DNA of 64,000 nucleotides from Azolla caroliniana (taxonomy: Eukaryota; Plantae; Polypodiophyta): contig JBHGNT010000015.1 of the NCBI GenBank assembly GCA_043228905.1, positions 19,344,001 through 19,408,000 on the forward strand. The letters run 5' to 3'. The notes below the pieces were generated by a model that made no database searches, was not told the origin of the DNA, and worked only from the letters and a program-made list of their open reading frames with translations. The position numbers and the translations under genes are program-made. Shown here one piece after another: positions 1 through 13,800 of this stretch. Position 1 is the first letter of the stretch; the number at the start of each line of letters is the position of its first letter.

Positions 1-181
1 GTTGATATGATGATTTGGCACATGACACCATGCACTACCTCTACCAATTACAATCCACCACCTAGCCTACAGAAGAAGGCTAATCATTCTGCCACATTGT
101 TGAAAGTTTTTGAGAGTGAAAGGGCATCCTTTCTCTTTGTAACAGAACAAACACAACCCACCTTCCCCTCAACAACACATA

Positions 182-239
<58 letters not shown>

Positions 240-299
240 TTTAGTTCGTATGAAGAGAGAGAGAGAGAGAGTGTGTGTGTGTGTGGGAGAGACTTTACT

Positions 300-1620
300 A
301 TTGTTTTCGAAGGTCAAATATGACCTATGAGACCAAAAATATAACATTTTCATGCAGTACATGTGAAAGTGAGTAGTGACTCTCAATGTTCAAGAACTTT
401 ATTAATGAATGTCGCAATCAAGGGTGCACACCATGAATGTGAGAGAAATTCATGCAAGGATTGGGTTGGAAAGCATGGACGGATGTGATCAAAGGCATAT
501 CTCATATCATAGTGAGTGCTAGCTCAGTTGCATTGAAGCAAATGGTTCAAATATCAAACAATGGGATAGGTTCTAACATCTATTGATGTGTGTGGTTTCC
601 ACGTTCGATAAATAACATGGTTTTGTAGTTAGGTGCAACATATGTAATATAATGTATGAAGCATGAGCCTCCACATTTTCGTTATGTCATTATACATTGT
701 GTTTACAAAAATGCCTCATTCACAGAGAAATTTATTGATGCATCATGAAGCAAGTGTGTTGCATCCCATCTTTCAAATCATTTTTCCATGTCTTGCATCC
801 AACTAGAACACATTATTTAGCTTTTATGTGTCTTTTGGATCTTTTTTCTTGTTTGGCATGTGAGCCTTGGAAGTCGATGTGAGCCACATTCTTGAACCCA
901 TGATTTCAATGGGAAGTGATCCCTCTCAAGAAGTGGCAAGGTATATGGTATTTGTTTCTTGACTTGGAGAAAAATTGTAAGAAAATGGTTTTGGACATTT
1001 TCAAATTCTTTCTAAGTGGGGTTAGAGATGCTACCACCCTTTAGAGAAACATTGGTTTCACCAGAGTGTCAAAAAGATATTTCTTGAGAACACAACACTT
1101 AATTTCTCTAAATATGAATGTGTTCCCAAATACATTATATGTCATCTTTCTCGCCTCTACACGATATGTAGAATGTTCATTCCATCTATGATATGAAGGA
1201 ACTTCACGGCCAAGGTAATGAAAATACCACATCATTTACATACAAAAAATGCATGATGACTACATTCACAATGAAAACTTCTTCAATGTCTTTTTCCTTT
1301 ACAAACTTGGCAATCATTTTTTCTCATTCATCGATGCATAGACCAAATGGAGCTGACTACATTCACAATGAAAACTTCTTGAATGTCTTTTTCCTTTACA
1401 AACTTGGCAATCATTTGTTCTCATTCATCGATGCATAGACCAAATGGAGCTAGTGAGAGTGGGCATTTTGCTTAACACCAATAGTCTTCCACACCAAAGG
1501 TGCTCATGAGGTACCATATCAAAAGCGATTTTCTTCCATTAACATTTGAATAGTGACAAGGTGATCAATGGTGTTTCCAAAAGCCAACTTGTTCATTAGC
1601 TCTCTTACCATTATTTTTTA
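300..1620 (-). mobile_element. Old, degenerate 5'-truncated LINE (RTE/RTEX-like) copy
   Basis: Colinear with the 2160-3900 LINE. Same 3' end (AGGTCAAATATGACCTATGAGACC at 311), RT-region remnants (KKYLFDTLV; GVKQ..PLS), many indels. Confidence 0.8.
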
Positions 1621-1639
1621 GCCTCGTGCACCTACCTTT

Positions 1640-2110
1640 GGTTCAATAGTAGGCATTGATTTCCTTCATGTCTGATGGCTAGAATGGTTTGGAGGTCTAT
1701 CAATTTGGTGTGGATTTCTTTGCATTAAAACCATCTTCATTCGATTGAGTTTTTGCACACATAGAGAACATTAAAGTAATGCCTCATTTTTAGATTATGT
1801 TTGAGTTCTTGAGGTATTGAGGGCTATGGTTCAATCAAAATATGTAGAATGCCTTCACTTTTGAATTTGAAAGTTGGGGTACGAAAATATGTTGCAAAGA
1901 TGAAAGGACTTCTTTTGTGGCAATCGATAGAGTTAGAGAAGTCACGAAATCTCAACCATAAAAAGAGCCAATTGTGCAAGGTGACAAGCATGTCATCATA
2001 TGTTCATCATTTGAATTGTCATAGTATGCAGTAGTAGTAGTATGTAGTACTTGAAAGGTTTTGGTAAGCTACATAGTCCACATGGAATGGTGGTGGTGTT
2101 TGTTATTATT
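1640..2110. repeat. Dispersed repeat, second copy at ~46950-47370
   Basis: TTGAGTTCTTGAGGTATTGAGGGCTATGGTT...CACTTTTGA...AAGTTGGGGT..GAAAATATGTTG aligns with 47064-47160. Both copies are followed by (GA)n. Confidence 0.7.
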
Positions 2111-2159
2111 TATGGAAAAACAATGAGAGAGAGAGAGAGTGATATAAACGGAGTGTGTA

Positions 2160-5100
2160 AGTGAGAGATAGATAGATAGATTATATTATCGTCTTATGAG
2201 GTCAAATATGACCTATGAGACAAAAAATATCACATTTCACGTGATACGTGTGAAAGTGAGTAGTGACTCTCGATGTTCAAGAACTTTACCAATGAATGTT
2301 GCAATCGAGAGTGCACATTGTGGTTGTGAGAGAAATTCGTGCAAGGATTGGGCTCGGTCGAAGAGATGTGGAAAGCATGCTCGAATATGATCAAAGGCAG
2401 AGCATTCTATCAAAGTGTGATACTCAGACTCTCGAACTTGTTTAGGGCAAAGTGTGCATAGCCGGCCACTCTCATCACTTGTGCCCCCATGCCCCGTCTC
2501 ACATCGCAATGCATGTGAGCTAAGTCGCATGGAAGTGATGGTTCGAATGGCAAATAATGGGATGGGCTCTAACATGTATCGATGTGTACGGTTTCCCCGT
2601 TCCACGAAGAATATGGTTTTGTAGTTAGGTGCAACATGTGTAGTATAATGTGTGAAGCGTGAGCCTCCACATTTGTCCCATGTCATGATACATTGGCGTC
2701 GCAAAAAGACCTCATTTACTGAGGAATCTAGTGATGCATCATGAAGCAAGTGTCTTGCATCCCATCTACCAAACCATTTTTCTATATCTTGCATCCAATT
2801 GGAACACAAAATTTTGCTTTTATGCATCTTTTGGATCTTTTTGCTTGCTTCCCATGCAATTCTAGGAAGTCGATGTGAGGGACTTTTTTGAACCTTACGC
2901 ATGTATTCAACAACCCTTTCCATGGCCATGATCTCAATGGGAAGCGATGCCGTCTCAAGGAGGACGAGGGGTGTAGGGCGTTTGTTTCTTAACTTGTACT
3001 AACTTTGTAAGAAAATGTTTTTGGACATTTTCAAACTCTTTCCATTTAGATTTAGGGATGCTACCGCCCCATACTTCCACCCCATAGAGAAGAACCGATG
3101 TCACCAAAGTGTTGAAAAGATATTTCTTGAGGACCCAACACTTAATATCTCCAAGATTGCATGTGTTGTCAAATGCATAGTATGCTCACTTACCCGCCTC
3201 TAAGCGACGTGTAGCACATTCATTCCATCTATTATTTGAAGGAACTTCAAGGCCAAGTTATTTGAAGCTTTCCACACATTCAAGTGGCTCATTGTTGTAC
3301 ATAATGCATGGTTTATCTCTTTTTTGGCTCTTGACAATCATGATCTTTGGTTTAGAGCTATTGACACTTAATTTAGTATGTATGCAAAAAAATTCCAATT
3401 CCTTCATAAACTTTTGTGCATTGCCTAAAGTACTTTCAAAAAGCACTACATCCACATATAGCAAAAGCATAATCACAACATTCTGAATGACAACTTCTCC
3501 AACACATTCTTACTTTACAAACTTGGTAAACATTTCTTCCAATTCAATGCATAGACCAAATAGTGTTGGTGAGAGTGGGCATCCTTGCTTAACACCAATA
3601 GTGCTATTGAAAAAATTTGAAAGTCTATCTCTCATACGCACACAACATAAAACCTTCTCATATATTCGGGAAATTGCAAGCATATATTCACTTGGCACCT
3701 CAAGTTCTTCCATTCGCCTCCAAAGATGCTCACAAGGTACCATATCAAAAGCATTCTTGAAGTCTACAAAGCAACAATATAATCCTTTACCTCTAAGGCG
3801 ACTTTCCTCCATTAATACTCGAAGGGTGACAAGTTGATTAATGGTGCTATGGTGTTTTTGAAAGCCAACTTGTCCATAAGATCTCTTACCATTTTTTCAG
3901 CCCATACACTTATCTTTGATTCCATTATACATCCAAATAGTTTTGTCATTAATGAGCCAACAATGATGGTTCGATAGTTGTTTACATTATTTACATCTCC
4001 ACCTTTATGTAAAGATTTGATCCAATTTGTAGTCCAATCGTACGACATACCATGTTGCAATGCATCATTAAACATATCGCTTATCCATACATGTGCTTTC
4101 TTTCCCGTCCATTTGAGCATTTTAGCCTTTATACATTGAAGATCTCTTGCTTTTCGAGAGGCCAATTTCTTAAGTCCTATGCATATATCTTCAATTGTAA
4201 CAAAGGGAGACATATATGAAAGAGAACCATAACACATCATCTTTCCGGCAAAATATAACTCATATAAATTCTTACAATGCATAGACAAGTTGTGAAGAGT
4301 TAAGTCACCATAACTCTCAACACATGTCCCCTTTAGATTCCCCCAAAATTTAGCACATGCATGTGCTTTCTCTTGCGTTTGGAGAAATTGTTGAGTAACT
4401 TCCCATATTCTTCTCTTTCTTTGAATAAGCCTTTTATACTCGTGCAAATGCTTTTTGTAATTTTCTTTATCTGTACATCCAAAACCTTAAGGAACTTTCA
4501 AGCTTCACAACATTTTATCAAACCATTTTTTCCTAAATTTCTTGGTGCATTTCCAAGCTGTGCAATTGGTCAAAAAACGTTTGTTTGTACAAGAGAGAAT
4601 GACTTTCTTAAAAGCTTCCCATTTGCATTCTAGTATGGCACCATGTTGTATCTTTGTCATTTGTAACATATCCTCAACCATCTTAGAATACATGGGCGCT
4701 CACTTAATGTTCATGCTCAAGTACGATCGTTTATTATCTTCAATGGCCTTCTCACAATCTAACCTATGCATACATTTGAGATCTATACATAAAGCCCTAT
4801 GATCGGATTCTGGTGTCCATTCACCAAGTGAGAATTTCTGCATACGATCCAAAATACCTTTGGAAAGTAGTATATAGTCAATCACACTATTTCCGTTGTG
4901 ATTTCTACATGTAAAAACCATTAGTATTGGGCCATAAGGAAACACCATTTGCAATAAGCAAACTGATACTATTACACATTTGTAGGAATAACTTCCCAAA
5001 TTGGTTCAGATCTTTTTCATCGCTAGAAGAGCAGTAATACATTTGCATATCCACTTGCATCCTTAAGATATGTAACTATGAAATATTCTTGTGAATCAAG

Positions 5101-5725
5101 TTGGAAACTTCTTGAACAAGCATTCTTGTCACCAAAGACAATAACTTCCCCTTTGGATTTGAAATAAGCAATATCATCTTCTAGATTGACAAAAGGTTGA
5201 TCTTTATCCAAACAAGCATAAAAGTTAGAATCTTGATGAGGAATGTAACATCCAACTACAAAAATGAGCAAATCATTAGGTGTTTCTATTTTGAGTCATA
5301 TGTAGAATTTATGTTCATCATTTTTTACAATTGACACATATTTCTCTATTTCCTTCTTAATCAAACATGTCACCCCTCCTTGTCCTCATCTTTGTCTTGG
5401 ATTTTTCTCCCATGTATATTATAGTTTCCTAAACCTTGAATCCTTTGAGTATCATGCTCCCATGTTTCAACAAGAAGTGTGACATCCGAGTCATCGATGA
5501 ACTCCTCTATGCCAAATCCCGCATTCCATGGGTATCCATTACGATTCCAAGAGCATAGCCGTAAAAGACGTGGGTTAGTCTCATAGGCCATTCGTCCCTA
5601 TTTGCCTACATTTCCATCTTTGGGCACATCCTAACCTTATTTTTCAATCTTTCTTCATATGCTTTACGACGGGCATTTTGTTGTGTGTGAGAGATAAAGA
5701 GAGTGAGTGACAAATGTTGTGTCTG

Positions 5726-5730
<5 letters not shown>
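2160..5730 (-). mobile_element. Near full-length, frameshifted non-LTR retrotransposon (APE endonuclease + RT + C-terminal CCHC finger; RTE/RTEX-like)
   Basis: Fragmented ORFs in order: LCSWN..LVETW (5591), VIVFGDxNA, SVIDY..SDH (APE); FVDFKNAFD, GVKQGCPLSPTLF, LLYVD (RT); RLSSHALRCETG..CTLC..ESEYHTLIEC. Flanked by GA/GATA repeats. Confidence 0.92.
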
Positions 5731-5776
<46 letters not shown>

Positions 5777-6785
5777 GAAGAAGAAGAAGAAGAAGAAGAT
5801 ATTGTTTTTGTTGTTGTAACGAAATTAGCATAGTGAGAAGCGTTGGAAAGTCTTTAATCAGAGCTTCATAACAATGTATAAGATTAAATTGGTGGTCTGC
5901 ATTGGTGGCAGCAATAGAAACAAAGAACCGTGTGTTGTCAATGTACACATACTCAACATGCATTGTAGGCCCCCTATTATCTTCTTCATCTTCATTCTCT
6001 TCAATCACATGAGTTCTGGTTTTCTCTCTTATTCATGGCAAATTTGTTTTATCATGGTTTGATATGACATTAAGAATAGAAGAAATGAACATGAATTCCT
6101 AATAAATTGTGGGGGGACATTGATATGGGAACAATTGCTCAAACAAAGAGTAATATTATATGAGAATGTAATCATGCAAGAGAAGCATTTGGGAGCTCTA
6201 AGAGAAGGGTATTGAGAAAATCAATGAGAATAACTTTACATGTGTTTAGGCAATACATGTAGACAAGGTTCACAAGGATAATCATAATTGGGATCATTTA
6301 TGGGGGATTGTCAATACCTTGTTGTCTAATATTGAGGAGAAAAATGAAAATGAAGTTAAAGAATGCATCAATGACGATGTAAATGATGTAGAAGTTGATG
6401 TTAAGGCGATTTTAAAGTCATTTCATGTGCGGTTAGATTATTTTTATTGGGAAACTAACATTCATAAATTGGATCAAACAATGGTTGAATCCATTTTTGA
6501 ATTGTTTTGAGAATATATATGCAAGCCAAAGAGGGTTTTATGATGTTGTATTGTGTTCCCTTGAACATTAAAGTACATTGTTGGATAAAGTTCTCGTGTT
6601 CTTTGACAAACAATTAGTGCATGTAATGCAATGGTCCCTTGTAGTGGACTATCATGTGGTGTTCAAACGAGAATGCCTTGTTTGGGTAGCAATGGATTGC
6701 AAGCATGCATTTTTTAGGGCCCTTTTTACCAGAGTCATCGAATCAAATGGGTAAAGTGTTGGTATCTTCACATGCAAATGCGACA

Positions 6786-6892
6786 AATAAGCCCACTTCT
6801 TTCCTTCTTAGCTAACGTTTTCTCCTTACTCTGGGCTTGTCTCACAAGTTTTGCAGAACCATGGCCAAATCTAGCAATATATTCCTTCACGT
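6786..6892 (-). pseudogene. Short fragment of an ABC-F family (ABCF2/plant ABCF1-like) gene
   Basis: Translates [34 protein letters not shown], matching the conserved inter-NBD linker of eukaryotic ABCF2-type proteins. No further exons seen. Confidence 0.75.
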
Positions 6893-7432
6893 TGTCGTGG
6901 AGAAAACCGTCCCTAGGAGAAATGGTGGAATAAAGGGCGTGAACCGGCCCTTCCCCGTGTGCGTGTGTTTGTGATTTGTACATAATTAGGATACAATCAG
7001 TTGTTGTGAATATACTAGGTAAGCACGCGTTGATAGGTCTTGTGAATCGAAGTTCCCTGACCGAAGGGACAGGGAATAAAAGCAGTGAATCAAGGTATAA
7101 CGGTCCCCTCCCCCCTTTGACGACCTATAAAAAGGGAGGGGGGGGGGGGAGACAAAGGAGGATATATTTTTTGGGAAGGACGAAGTGTTGTCAGACTGGG
7201 AACCAAGCTCTCTCTCATCTGTCTACCTACCTACCTTCTAATCAGTCTCTGCAGGGTTTCTAGGTCTGTTGCTAGCTAGCCGGTTGTAACCGAGAAATTT
7301 TGTAATCCAAACGATCGTTGTAATTGAGACTCCTTGTGTCTTCTTGTCTACGTCTTCCCCACTGTGTGGGCGTGTATTTGACTGATCTGTGTACGCATAA
7401 ACGATTTGATCATCCGGTGAGGGCTGCCTACA
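6893..7432 (+). mobile_element. Probable solo LTR
   Basis: Starts TGTCGTGG and ends CCTACA, with CCTATAAAA TATA box at ~7124 and LTR-like composition. No TSD found. Confidence 0.45.
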
Positions 7433-7449
7433 TCCATCTCTCTCTCTCT

Positions 7450-8436
7450 CTTGGAGATATTAAGTGTTGGGTCCTCAAGAAATATCTTTTCGACACTTTG
7501 GTGACACCAATTCTTCTCTATGGGGTGGAAGTATGGGGCGGTAGCATCCCTAAATCAATGTGGAAAGAGTTTGAAAATGTCCAAAAACATTTTCTTACCA
7601 AGTTTCTACAAGTTAAGAAACAAACGCCCTACACCCTCCTCCTCCTTGAGACGGCATCGCTTCCCATTGAGATCATGGCCATGGAAAGGGTTGTTGAATA
7701 CATGCTTAAGGTTCAAAAAAGTTCCTCACATCGACTTCCTAGAATTGTGTGGGAAGCAAGCAAAAAGATCCAAAAGACGCATAAAAGCAAAATTTTGTGT
7801 TCTAGTTGGATGCAAGATATAGAAAAATGGTTTGGTAGATGGGATGCAAGACACTTGCTTCATGATGCATCATTAGATTCCTCTGTAAATGAGGCCTTTT
7901 TGCAACACCAATGTATCATGACATGGGACAAATGTGGAGGCTCGCGCTTCACACATTGTACTACACATGTCGCACCTAACTACAAAACCATATTCTTTGC
8001 GGAACGGGGAAATCGTACACATCCATACATGTTAGAGCCCATATTGTTATCTGCCATTCGAACCATTGCTTCCATGCGACTTAGCTCACATGCATTGTGA
8101 TGTGAAACAAGGCGTTGGGGCACAAGTGATGAGAGTGGTCGGCTATGCACACTTTGGCCTAAACAAGTTTGCGAGTCTGAGTATCACACTTTGATACAAT
8201 GCTCTGCCTTTGATCATATTCGATCATGCTTTCCACATCTCTTCGATCGAGCCCAATCTTTACATGAATTCCTCTCACAACCACAATGTGCACTCTCGAT
8301 TGCAACATTCATTGGTAAAGTTCTTGAACATCGAGAGTCACTACTCACTTTCACACGTATCACGTGAAATGTAATATTTTTGGTCTCATAGGTCATATTT
8401 GACCTCCGAAGACGATAATCTAATCTATCTATCTAG

Positions 8437-8470
<34 letters not shown>
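7450..8470 (+). mobile_element. 5'-truncated LINE copy, same family as 2160-5730
   Basis: ORF 7324-8100 is nearly identical to the 2237-2929 protein. Ends in the shared 3' hairpin and a (CTAT)n(CT)n tail; 5' junction lies in (TC)n. Confidence 0.92.
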
Positions 8471-8473
<3 letters not shown>

Positions 8474-10199
8474 CCTTCCTACGCTCCTTGGTTCAAGATC
8501 CCCATGTTCCCACCTTATTCCTTACGCGCAAGCGTAACAACGCGACAACGTGTTGTTGTTCCAGTTCCCGGTGAGAAACCGACGCAATCCCTACTAGAAC
8601 TATGAAGGTGGGTGATCGAAATCAATCTGTTTGATGAAGACACAAGAGTGTTGAAAATGATGATGTCGAAGACAATGCAACGAAGAACGATGATGATGAG
8701 GAAGCCTCTCTAAAACCAATGATGTTAATGATGGTAACTCTAGAAGCACGTACAGTGATGATGGTAACTCTAGAAGCAAGGGCGATGACGAAGATGGGTG
8801 ATGCTTCTAGTTGGAAGGGATTCAAACTGTCACGAACACACCAAGCGCGGACTAAGAAAAAACATAGATGATGGGGCTATGAACGTGGAACTTAAGGAGC
8901 TAGGAATGACACAAGAGCATGAAGACAGAGATGAAGAACAAGACAAGATGTAATGGAACAAGAATAATAGATTGATGTGTTAATGACTGGTGTGGAATCC
9001 CTTGAAAGGGACCAAGGAGGTTACAAATATTTATACAAGTTATGATATTGAATATCTCTAGAATATACCTGTCGAGATTATACTATGGCGGTCACATGGA
9101 CCACACCCAAATTAGGCCCCTACCAAGCCCCATAATTAGAAGAGCTAATTGGAGCGGGAGAACACCCTCCACACTAAGAGTAGTCTATAAAATGTAGCTT
9201 AGAACGTAATGGAAAGAGAGCTATTCTTGAGAGCATTTCACATCTTGAGCATTTTACATCTTGGTGGAGAAGACGGGCAAAGCAACCCCAACTCACGACC
9301 CCAACAACACACGCCACGATACAACACAACAACAACGGCGGCAACGCCAACTCAATGAATCCGGAATTCCTCCAACAACAAATTCAAGACCATCAACCCA
9401 CATCGCCAATCGACCAACTGGTTCAAGCCCTGTCCAACATTATTTTACAAGTTAACCACACTAACCAAGCCATGTTGTCATTTCTTTCAGCAAGATCCGA
9501 GCCACAACAAAATCTCCTGAACCCTTGAGTTCGCCCAAAACCATTCTCCGGCCTACCATCGGAAGACGTCCTCTCTTGGCTGGATCATTTCTAAATGGTG
9601 GCCAGTTACCACCAGTGGTCACACAGGCAATGGAAATGAAGACACTCCTCGAGAATATCGCAGCAACATGGCTCGTACAACAACCCGAAGAGACACGCAA
9701 CGATTGGGATCTGTTATAGGCAGCCATGATTCGGAATTTTGCTCATCAAGACTCCCGTCAGACGGCCCTACAACAACTCGAGTCAATTGCCCAACAACCA
9801 CACGAACCCATCACCCAGTTCGTGGTTCGGGTTGTGCATATCCTACGTCGGGCTGACGCCAACATGTCGGAAGACATGAAGTTGTTTTTCTTCTGGCCGC
9901 GTATCTGATATGACCTCCGCCGCTGTGTACACGATCAAGGCCCGACGACACTACACGAAGCCATCCTCACCGCCCAACACATCAAAGCTGCAGACGTGCA
10001 CGACATGCACACACCAGGTAATCTCAATCACGATCATACAAACACTATGCCAGCCGCCACTCCCATGGACATCGACATCCAAAACGCGCAATTACGCACC
10101 AAGCATGCATTGCCCGAATGAGATAGCCAGGGACGCCCCAAATGTGTTGGGATTACGGTCCCTCCGGATGGGATGATCGGATGTCCGGGAATCGGGAGT

Positions 10200-10310
10200 G
10201 AAGACCCCGGCTACGGAGCCGGATGACAAAGACCCGGTTATGGAGCCGGATGATAAAGACCCGGTTACGGAGCCGGATGATGAAGACCCCGGCTACGGAG
10301 CCGGATGACG
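10200..10310 (+). repeat. Four ~27-bp tandem repeats in the copia LTR U3 (also 14955-15065)
   Basis: Unit AAGACCC(C)GG(C/T)TA(C/T)GGAGCCGGATGA(C/T). Confidence 0.9.
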
Positions 10311-10816
10311 AATGTACCCGGAGAGAGATCCGGATGCGGGGACATATTTGTGAATATGTTTGCCAAGGGCCCTTGAGGCTATATTTGTAAATAGCCTGAA
10401 AGTCATATGTGTATAAATATGACTTAGGGCAAACAGTTTGTTGTTGCTCATTTTTCTGTTTTCCGCTTAGAGGGAGCGAAGTGAGAGCAGCCGAGAGAGA
10501 GAGAGAGAAAGGAAGAGGTCGACGCCTCTGTGTAATACCGCCGCCTGTGGCGAGGACAACGAGCTCAAGGTCGTCACCTTGCAGCTCGCCATTGTATATT
10601 CCCTGCGTATAGTGATAGTTGGAGTCTTGCACTCCCGTGGTTTTTCCCGTCTAGGGTTTTCCACGCTAAACCCTGTGCATTCGAGTCTCTCTCTGTGTTT
10701 TCAATTTACTACTGCATTGATCCGTGTTTCCTCGGTGAGCTGTGGCCGAGAGGTGAAGTGATTGGAAAGCGTCAATTTCAAACAATCTGGTATCAGAGCG
10801 ACTGCAGTGCAGAAAA

Positions 10817-13800
10817 TGGAAGGCGGCAGCAGCGGGCAGCCGGGGATGATGGTGCTGAATGCGCAGAACTACGCCAACTGGAAGATAAAGATGGAGGATC
10901 TGCTCATTGTTCGGGACCTGTATGAACCGATCGACAGGTCGGAAATACCCAAGGGGGTACTTGAGACGGAATGGAGGCTTCTGAACCGGAAAGCCGTAGC
11001 AACCATTCGGTAATACGTCGACGTGAGCGTTCTACAACATGTGGCGAACGACACCAACGCATATGAGATGTGGCGGAAGCTGTCGGGCCTCTACGAGAGG
11101 AAGAATGCGTTGAACCGGACCTCCCTGATGAGGAAGATAGTGAACCTCAAGTACCGGGACGGCGAGAGTATGGTGGAACACGTAAGCACGTTCATGGGAT
11201 CCGTGAACCAGCTTGCGGCGATCAAGTTCCCGTTGGAGGATGCAATGCAAGCCATCATTCTGATGTGTACATTGCCGGAAAGCTGGGAGAACTTGGTGGT
11301 GACTCTCAGCACCTCCTGCACCGAAGATAACTTGTCCCTACAAACGGTAAAGACAAGTATTTTGAACGAAGAAGCGCGTCGGAGAGATAAAGAACCGGCC
11401 TCCGATCCGAAGATGCTGCTTACCGAATCGGATCAGGGAAGACAACGGAACCGGAGTCCGCAAAGACGGGAGAAGTCGGGGACCCGGTCGCAGTCAAGAG
11501 GAAGGCCCACATGCTTCCACTGTGGGAAGCCGGGGCACTTCCGGAAGAATTGTCGGCATTACCGAAAAGACAACGGAGCCGACGACACCGATTCGAAGAA
11601 GTCTTCGGAACGGAACGGTGCTTACCGGGGAGCCACGGACCGGAATGGTTCGGATCGGCGAGGGTAGGACCGGAAAGGAACGACGGCACTCGCGGCAAGT
11701 GAAGAGGAGATCATGCTCATCACCGAAGAAGGTGAACTAAACATTGCCGGCGATGAGACTACCTGGGTGGTCGATTCCGGAGCGTCGTTCCACCTGACCC
11801 CGGAAAGAAGATACTTCTCATCCTACACTACCGGTGAGCGTGGCTGTGTTCGGATGGGAAATGAAGGTACGTGCCGGATTGCCGGCATAGGAGACGTGTG
11901 GTTGACAACCTCAACCGGATGCAAAATGCTGCTGAAGGATGTCCGACACGTTCCGGAGGTTCGATTGAACCTGATTTCAGCCGGGAGGCTAGACGATGAA
12001 GGCTACACAGGTAGCATCCGGAACGGCGTAATGAAGTTCAGCAAGGGGAGCCTGATAGTGGCTCGGGCCCGGAAAGTCAACACATTGTACCTTATGAATG
12101 CCTGGTTGTGTCCGGAAGAGTTGAACGTGGCAGCCGACACTGCCGGTGAGCTGTGGCACAAGAGACTGTGCCACATGAGTGAGAAGGGGATGAAGAGGCT
12201 TGCAGAAGACAACCTTATTCCAGTGAAGCATGTGCACCTGGAGAAGTGCACCGATTGCCTGGCCGGTAAGCAGAACCGAACCTCCTTCCACTCAAGGCCA
12301 CCGACGAGACGTAGCGCACCATTGGAGTTGGTGCACACTGACGTGTGTCAAGTAGAAACGAAGTCACATGGCGGAGCCCAGTACTTCGTGACATTCATTG
12401 ATGATCACAGCCGGAAGCTGTGGACAACACCGTTGAAGACAAAGGACCAAGTGTTGTGCGTCTTCAAAGAACTCCACGCGAGAGTGGAAAGGGAATCCGG
12501 CAAGAAGCTGAAAGCGATACGAGCGGATAATGGAGGGGAATACCGGGGGCAGTTCGAGGAGTACTGTCGCTCGAAGGGAATCCGGCTCCAGTTTACTGTG
12601 CCGAAGACGCCGGAACTGAACGGGCTGGCCGAGAGGATGAACCGGACCATAATGGAGAGGGTCCGGAGTATGTTGGCGCATGCGAAATTACCCAAGGGGT
12701 TTTGGGCTGAGGCAATGTCGACGGCGACATACGTGATAAACAGATCACCCTCAGTACCTTTGGACGGAGACACGCCGCAGAGAGTGTGGACCGGTAGGGA
12801 AGTATCCTACCGGCATCTGAAGGTGTTCGGGTGTCTCGCATATGTGCATGTGGCAAAGGACCGGAGAGGAAAGCTAGATCCAAAGACCCGGCCATGCATA
12901 TTCCTCGGTTACGGCGATGACGAGTTCGGCTACCGAGTATGGGACCCGGTCGGCAAGAAGATATTCCGGAGTCGTGATATCATCTTCATGGAGGACAAGA
13001 CACTCGCCGACTGGGAGTCGGAGAAGAAGATGAAGAGCTCCAAGTCGACCGGTGAGGATCAACTCTACGAGGAGCAGTCCCGACCGGCAAGGGACCGGTT
13101 AGCACTCGAGGATCCGGCCGAAGACGGTGAAGAAACAGAACCGGCTGAGGAAGATGAAACTGATACCGGAACCGGCCCCGATCCCGAAATGGATTCGGAT
13201 GAAGAAGAAACGGAGGAGCCGGTTACCGAAGCTCCGGAACGGAGATATCCTCTAAGAGAGAGAAGGCCCCCCCGGAGATTTCCGGAACCAGAGCACGTGT
13301 TGCTAACCGACGAGGGGGAGCCGGAGAGTTTTGAAGAAGCAAAGCTTGACACCCATAGCCGCAGGTGGTTAAGTGCCATGCAGGAGGAGATGGATTCCCT
13401 GCATCAGAACCACACATATGAACTTGTGGAGTTGCCGAAAGGAAAGCGGGCACTTCGAAACAAGTGGGTGTTCAAGCTGAAACCGGGAGATGCCGGAAAA
13501 CCCCCGAGATACAAAGCCAGGATCGTGGTGAAGGGGTTCCAGCAAAAGAAGGGCGTCGTCTTCGACGAGATATTTGCCCCGGTAGTGAAGATGACCTCCA
13601 TCCGGACGGTGCTGAGCATAGCGGCAAGCATGGACCTCGAGGTAGAACAGATGGACGTGAAGACGGCATTCCTTCACGGTGACCTCGAAGAAGAGATCTA
13701 CATGCAGCAACCGGAAGGATTCGAGAAGAAAGGGAAGGAGCACCTGGTATGCCGGTTGAAGAAGAGCCTTTACGGACTGAAGCAGGCTCCCCGGCAATGG

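Noticed and set aside
5870-6750. Possible decayed DNA transposon
   Set aside because: No TIRs, TSD or convincing transposase motif recognised.
10153-10632. 159-aa antisense ORF present twice
   Set aside because: It lies inside the LTR tandem repeats and is duplicated only because the LTRs are.
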